Source: Eutreptiella sp. 'Long Island Sound 2002'
Lineage: Eukaryota > Protista > Euglenida
DNA length: 64,000 nt
NCBI GenBank assembly: GCA_964036045.1
Contig: OZ038378.1
Span: 55,800,001-55,864,000, forward strand
Direction of reading: 5' to 3'
Of this stretch, positions 58,471 through 64,000 are shown piece by piece (the first letter of the stretch is position 1; each line of letters opens with the position of its first letter). A program made the position numbers and the translations under genes. The notes below the pieces were generated by a model. The model did not search any database. It had not been told where the DNA came from and worked only from the letters and a program-made list of their open reading frames with translations.

Positions 58471-61045
58471 GGCAGTGTAACGCACTGCCAGGCAGCCTGG
58501 GGGCTGTGGGCAATGGAAATCGTGCTTCGCACTGCCGCATTGCCTGAGGGCAGTGGGGAGTGGTACTCCCGCCGCTCACTGCCTCCCTCCCCTGGGGCAG
58601 TGGGCCGGGCAACTCCTGCAATACACTGCCGCCCTGCCTGGGGCAGTGGGCAGTGGTACTCCTGCAACACACTGCGCCACGGCCTGGGGGCAGTGGGCGG
58701 TGGACCTCCTGCAACGCACTGCCTCACTGCCTGGGGGCAGTGGGCAGTGGGTGCTCCACTGCCTGGGGGCAGGGGGCAGTGGATCTCCTGCAATGCATTG
58801 CCTCACTGCCTGGGGGCAGTGGGCAGATGAACTCCTGCAATAGACTGCCCCACTGCCTGGGGGCAGTGGGCAGTGGGCCTTCCGCAATGCACTGCCCCAC
58901 TGCCTGGGTGCAGTGGGCAATGCAACTTTTGCAATGCACTGCCTGACTGCCTGGGGGCAGCGGGCAGTGGAACTCCTGCTCATACACTGCCTCACTGCCT
59001 GGGGGCAGTGGGCAGTGCAACTCCTGCAATACACTACCTCACTGCCCGGGGGCAACGGGCAGCGGACCTCCTGCAATGCACTGCCCCACTGCCCTGGGGG
59101 CAGTGGGCAGTGGACCTCCTGCAATGCACTGCCTCACCGCTTGGGGGCAGTGGGCAGTGGAACTCCTGCAATGCACTGCCGCACTGCCTGGGGGCAGTGG
59201 GCAGGCGACCTCCTGCAATGCACTGCCCCACTGCCTGGGGGCAGTGGGCAGAGGACCACCTGCAATCCACTGCCTCACTGCCTGGGGCAGTGGGCAGTGC
59301 AATTGCTGCAATGCACTACCTCACTGCCCGGGGGCAGTGGGCAGTGCAACTCCTGCAATACACTGCCTTACTGCCTTGGTGCAATGGGCAGTGGACCTCC
59401 TTCAATGCACTGCCCCACTGCCTGGGGTCAGTGGGCAGTGGACCTCCTGCAACACACTGCCTCACTGCCTGGGGGCAGTGGGCAGTGGACCTCCTTCAAT
59501 GCACTGCCCCACTGCCTGGGGGCAGTGGGCAGTGGACCGCCTGCAATGCACTGCCTCACTGCCTGGGGGCAGTGGGCAGTGGACCTCCTGCAACACACTG
59601 CCTCACTGCCTAGGGGCAGTGGGCAGTGGACCTCCTTCAATGCACTGCCCCATTGCCTGGGGGCAGTGGGCAGTGGACCTCCTGCAATGCACTGCCTCAC
59701 TGCCTGGGGGCAGTGGGCAGTGGAACCCCTGCAATGCACTGCCTCACTGCCTGGGGGCAATGGGCAGTGCAACTCCGGCAACGCACTGCCTCACTGCCTG
59801 GGGGCACGGGACAATGCAATTCCTGCAACGCACTGCCTCACTGCCTGGGGGCAGTGGGCAGTGCAACTTCTGCAATGCACTGCCCCACTGCCTGGGGGCA
59901 GTGGGCAGTGGAACCCCTGCAATGCACGGCCTCACTGCCTGGGGGCAGTGGACAGTGCAACTCACTGCAATGCACTGCCTCACTGCCTGGGGGCAGTGGG
60001 CAGTGCAACTCCTACAATGCACTACCCCACTGCCTCGGGGCAGTGGGCAGTGCAAATTCTGCAATGCACTGCCTCACTGCCCTGGGGCAGCGGGCAGTGC
60101 AACTGCTGCAATGCACTGCCTCACTGCCTCGGGCCAGTGGACAGTGCAACTCCTGCAACGCACTGCCTCACTGCCTGGGGGCAGTGGACAGTGGAACTCC
60201 TGCAATGCACTGCCTCACTGCCTGGGGGCAGTGGGCAGTGCAACTCCTGCAATGCACTGCCTCACTGCCTGGGGGCAGTGGGCAGCGCAACTCCTGCAAT
60301 GCACTGCCTAACTGCCCTGGGGCAGTGGGCAGTTGAACTCCCGCAATGCACTGCCTCAATGCCTGAAGGCAGTCGTCAGCGCAACTCCTGCAATGCACTG
60401 CCTCACTGCCCTGGGGCAGTGGGCAGAGCAACTCCTGCAATGCACTGCCTCACTGCCCTGGGGCAGTGGGCAGTGGAACTCCCGCAATGCACTGCCTCAC
60501 TGCCTGGAGGCAGTTGGCAGCGCAACTCCTGCAATGCACTGCCTCACTGCCCTGGGGGCAGTGGGCAGTGCAACTCCTGCAATGCACTGCCTCACTGCCT
60601 GGGGGCAGTGGACAGTGCAGCTTCTGCAATGCACTGCCTCACTGCCTGGGGGCAGTGGGCAGTGCAACTCCCGCAATACACTGCCTCACCGTCTGGGGGC
60701 AGTGGACAGTGCAACTTGTGCAATGCACTACCCCACTACCTGGGGGCAGTGGGCAGTGGGCCTCCGGCAATACACTGCCGCACTGCCTGGGGGCAGTGGG
60801 CAGTGCAAGTCTTGCAATGCACTGCCGCACTGCCTGGGAGCAGTGGGCAGCGGAACTCCTGCAATGCACTGCCCCACTGCCTGGGGGCAGTGGGCAGTGC
60901 AACTCCTGCAATACACTGCCGCACTGTCTGGGGGCAGTGGGCAGCGCAACTCCTGCCTGCAATGCACTGCCTCACTGCCCTGGGGCAGTGGGCAGTGGAA
61001 CTTCTGCAATGCACTGCCCCACTGCCTGGGGGCAGTGGGCAGTGG
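58470..61045 (+). repeat. Homogeneous 47-bp hairpin satellite array
   Basis: Near-consensus monomers; the peptide period is 47 aa per 3 monomers. Confidence 0.97.
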
Positions 61046-61715
61046 GGTGTGGTGTGGTGTGGTGTGGTGTGGTGTGGTGTGGTGTGGTGTGGTGTGGTGT
61101 GGTGTGGTGTGGTGTGGTGTGGTGTGCCGAAGGCGCTGTTACCAAAAGGCAAAAGGCCGGGATGTCTACCCACGGGTAAAGGTAAACGGGCTGGGCTGTG
61201 TGTGTTGTGCGCGCGCCGTGCGTAAGTGTGTAGGCCTCGGCAGGGGGAGGGGGAGTCGGGGAGACCTGGTGAGTTCGCCTCTGGCGACCGCGCTTATTCC
61301 AGGAGCTCCCGCTGCACCCCTTCCCTTTCTGCTTGCTGGTGCAGGCGCAGCTCCTGCAACGCCCATGCCATCGTGCTGCCCGGGCCCAGGCGGGCCTTCA
61401 GCAGTGTGGCACGCGCCTTGGCGTGGGCGTACCAGATCCGTATGGACTCCTCCACGACGTGGCGGAGGAACTCCGTGCCCAGCGAGTGGGGCCCCCTACA
61501 TTCCAGGTGGGCGAGCTGCATGGAGGGGGTCCGCAGGGCTGCCGCCCACTGCTCCAGCACAGTCGGTTCCCACAGCTGGTGACGCACTGGGGCCGCCCGT
61601 GGCCCCACCTTCTGGTCGAGCCACGCTGCGAGGCGCCGGCGGGCTGGCCCCCACTCGTGCGATTGAGCCGAGCAGGCCCACAGGTGGGGCGCCGTCTCGG
61701 GCTGTGTCTCGGGCT
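61046..61715 (-). mobile_element. 5'-truncated family C LINE 3' end inserted in the satellite
   Basis: PETAPHLWACSAQSHEW (half CCHC knuckle) ... IRIWYAHAKARATLLKARLGP, homologous to 51470-51760; tail core plus (GTGGT)n at 61046-61126. Confidence 0.85.
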
Positions 61716-64000
61716 GTAGACAGTGCAACTCCTGCAACGCACTGCCGCACTGCCTGGGAGCGGCGGGCAGTGCAACCCCTGCAATGCACTGCCTCACTGC
61801 CCGAGGGCAGTGGACAGTGCAAATCCTGCAACGCACCGCCTCACTGCCTGGGGGCAGTGGGCGGTGCAACTTCTCCAATGCACGGCCTCACTGCCCTGGG
61901 GCAGTGGGCAGTGGAACTCCTGCAATCCACTGCCTCACTGCCTGGGGGCGGTGGGCAGTGCAACTCGCGCAATCCACTGCCTCACTGCCCGGGGGCAGTG
62001 GGCAGTGCAACTCCTGCAATGCACTGCCTCACTGCCCTGGGGCAGTGGGCAGTGCAACTCCTGCAATGCACCGCCTCACTGCCTGGGGGCAGTGGGCGGT
62101 GCAACTTCTACAATGCACGGCCTCACTGCCCTGGGGCAGTGGGCAGTGGAACTCCTGCAATCCACTGCCTCACTGCCTGGGGGCGCTGGGCAGTGCAACT
62201 CCTGCAATCCACTGCCTCACTGCCCGGGGGCAGTCGGCAGTGCAACTCCTGCAATGCACTGCCTCACTGCCCTGGGGCAGTGGACAGTGCAACTCCTGCA
62301 ATGCACTGCCTCACTGCCTGGGGGCAGTGGGCGGTGCAACTTTTATAATGCACGGCCTCACTGCCCTGGGGCAGTGGGCAGTGGAACTCCTGCAATCCAC
62401 TGCCCCACCGCCTGGGGGCGGTGGGCAGTGCAACTCCTGCAATCCACTGCCTCACTGCCCGGGGGCAGTGGGCAGTGCAACCCCTGCAATGCACTGCCTC
62501 ACTGCCCTGGGGCAGTGGACAGTGCAACTCCTGGGATGCACCGCCTCACTGCCTGAGGGCAGTGGGCGGTGCAACTTCTCCAATGCACTGCCTCACTGCC
62601 CTGGGGCAGTGGGCAGTGGAACTCCTGCAATCCACTGCCTCACTGCCTGGGGGCGGTGGGCAGTGCAACTCCTGCAATCCACTGACTCACTGCCCGGGGG
62701 CAGTGGGCAGTGCAACTCCTGCAATGCACTGCCTCACTGCCCTGGGGCAGTGGACAGTGCAACTCCTGGGATGCACCGCCTCACTGCCCGGGGGCGGTGG
62801 GCAGTGCAACTCCTGCAATCCACCGCCTCACTGCCCTGGGGCAGTGGGCGGTGGAACTCCTGCAATCCACTGCCTCACTGCTTGGGGGCGGTGGGCAGTG
62901 CAACTCCTGCAATGCACTGCCTCACTGCCCGGGGGCAGTGGGCAGTGCAACTCCTGCAATGCACTGCCTCACTGCCCTGGGGCAGTGGGCTGTGCAACTC
63001 CTGCAATGCACCGCCTCACTGCCCTGGGGCAGTGGACGGCGCAACTCTCGCAATGCACCGCCTCACTGCCTGGGGGCAGTGGACGGCGCAACTCCTGCAA
63101 TACACTGCCTCGCTGCCCTGGGGCAGTGGGCAGTGGAACTCCAACTCCCGCAATGCACTGTCTCACTGCCCTGGGGCAGTGGGCAGTGGAACTTCTGCAA
63201 TGCACTGCCCCACTGCCTGGGGGCAGTGGGCAGTGCAACTCCTGCAATGTACTGTCTCACTGCCCCGGGGCAGTGGGTAGTGCAACTCCTGCAATGCACT
63301 ACCTCACTGCCTGGGCGCAGTGGGCAGTGGAACTCCTGCAATGCACTGCCCCACTGCCTAGGGGCAGTGGGCAGTGCAACTCCTGCAATGCACGGCCTCA
63401 CCGCCTTGGGGGCAGTGGGCAGTGCAACTCCTGCAACGCACTGCCTCACTGCCTGGGGGCAGTGGGCAGTGCAACTCCTGCATTGCACTGCCTCACTGCC
63501 TGGGGGCAGTGGGCAGTGCAACTCCTGCAATGCACTGCCTCGCTGCCCGGGGGTAGTGGGCAGTGGAACTCCTGCAATGCACCGCCTCACTGCCTGGGGG
63601 CAGTGGGCAGTGGAACTCCTGCAATGCACTGCCTCACTGCCTGGAGGCAGTGGGCAGTGCAAATCCTGCAATACACTGCCGCACTGCCTGGGGGGCGGTG
63701 GGCAGTGCAACTCCGGCAATGCACTGCCTTGCTGCGTGGGGGCAGTGGGCATTGCAACTTCTGCAATGCACTGCCTCACTGCCCTGGGGCAGTGGGCAGC
63801 GGAACTCCTGCAATGCACTGCCTCACTGCCTGGGGGCAGTGGGCAGTGCAACTCCTCCAATGCACTGTCTCACTGCCTGGGGGCAGTGGGCAGTGGAACT
63901 CCTGCAATGCACTGCCTCACTGCCCTGGGGCAGTAGTCGGTGCAACCTCTGCAATGCACTGCCTCACTGCCTGGGGGCAGTGGGCAGTGCAACTCCCGCA
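61716..64000 (+). repeat. Homogeneous 47-bp hairpin satellite array running off the window end
   Basis: Direct monomer recurrence to position 64000. Confidence 0.97.

Noticed and set aside
53900-63936. Very long Cys/Trp/Gly-rich ORFs (for example 58913..61225, 770 aa; 60333..62348; 53900..55648) as genes
   Set aside because: They are translations of the stop-free 47-bp satellite and (GTGGT)n, and overlapping ORFs are open in all frames.
1-64000. Assignment to a specific organism; spliced-leader or rRNA genes
   Set aside because: No diagnostic marker, SL exon or rRNA sequence was recognised, so euglenozoan affinity remains a hypothesis.

Overview
This is a eukaryotic, almost entirely repeat-derived window, and I found no intact host gene. 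The organism cannot be assigned from sequence; some features would fit a euglenozoan or other protist. All motif calls are by eye and no searches were run. Contents: (1) A 47-bp hairpin (palindromic) satellite, degenerate at 4.9-16 kb and homogeneous at 48-64 kb. It has no stop codon in any + frame, which explains the giant Cys/Trp/Gly ORFs as artefacts. (2) A minus-strand, multi-ORF block at about 16.8-29.3 kb. It holds a decayed RAG1/Transib-type DDE transposase, a K/E-rich ORF, a 615-codon decayed ORF and an open 376-codon ORF, laced with private minisatellites and tRNA-like cassettes. (3) Three hAT-type elements defined by TIRs and 8-bp TSDs. 33750-35769 encodes a NUMOD1-like HTH, two PHD-like fingers, a TTF zinc finger and a partial DDE core. 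42330-43135 is a non-coding MITE. 55575-58098 encodes a hAT transposase with a C-terminal SAP domain and also carries a tRNA-like cassette. (4) Several decayed non-LTR retrotransposons (APE-RT-RNase H-Zn knuckle) on the minus strand at 33-46 kb, one with a tandemly duplicated APE region. (5) A second LINE family whose 3' tail plus (CACCA)n occurs both on LINE 3' ends and on SINE-like units fused to the hairpin satellite.
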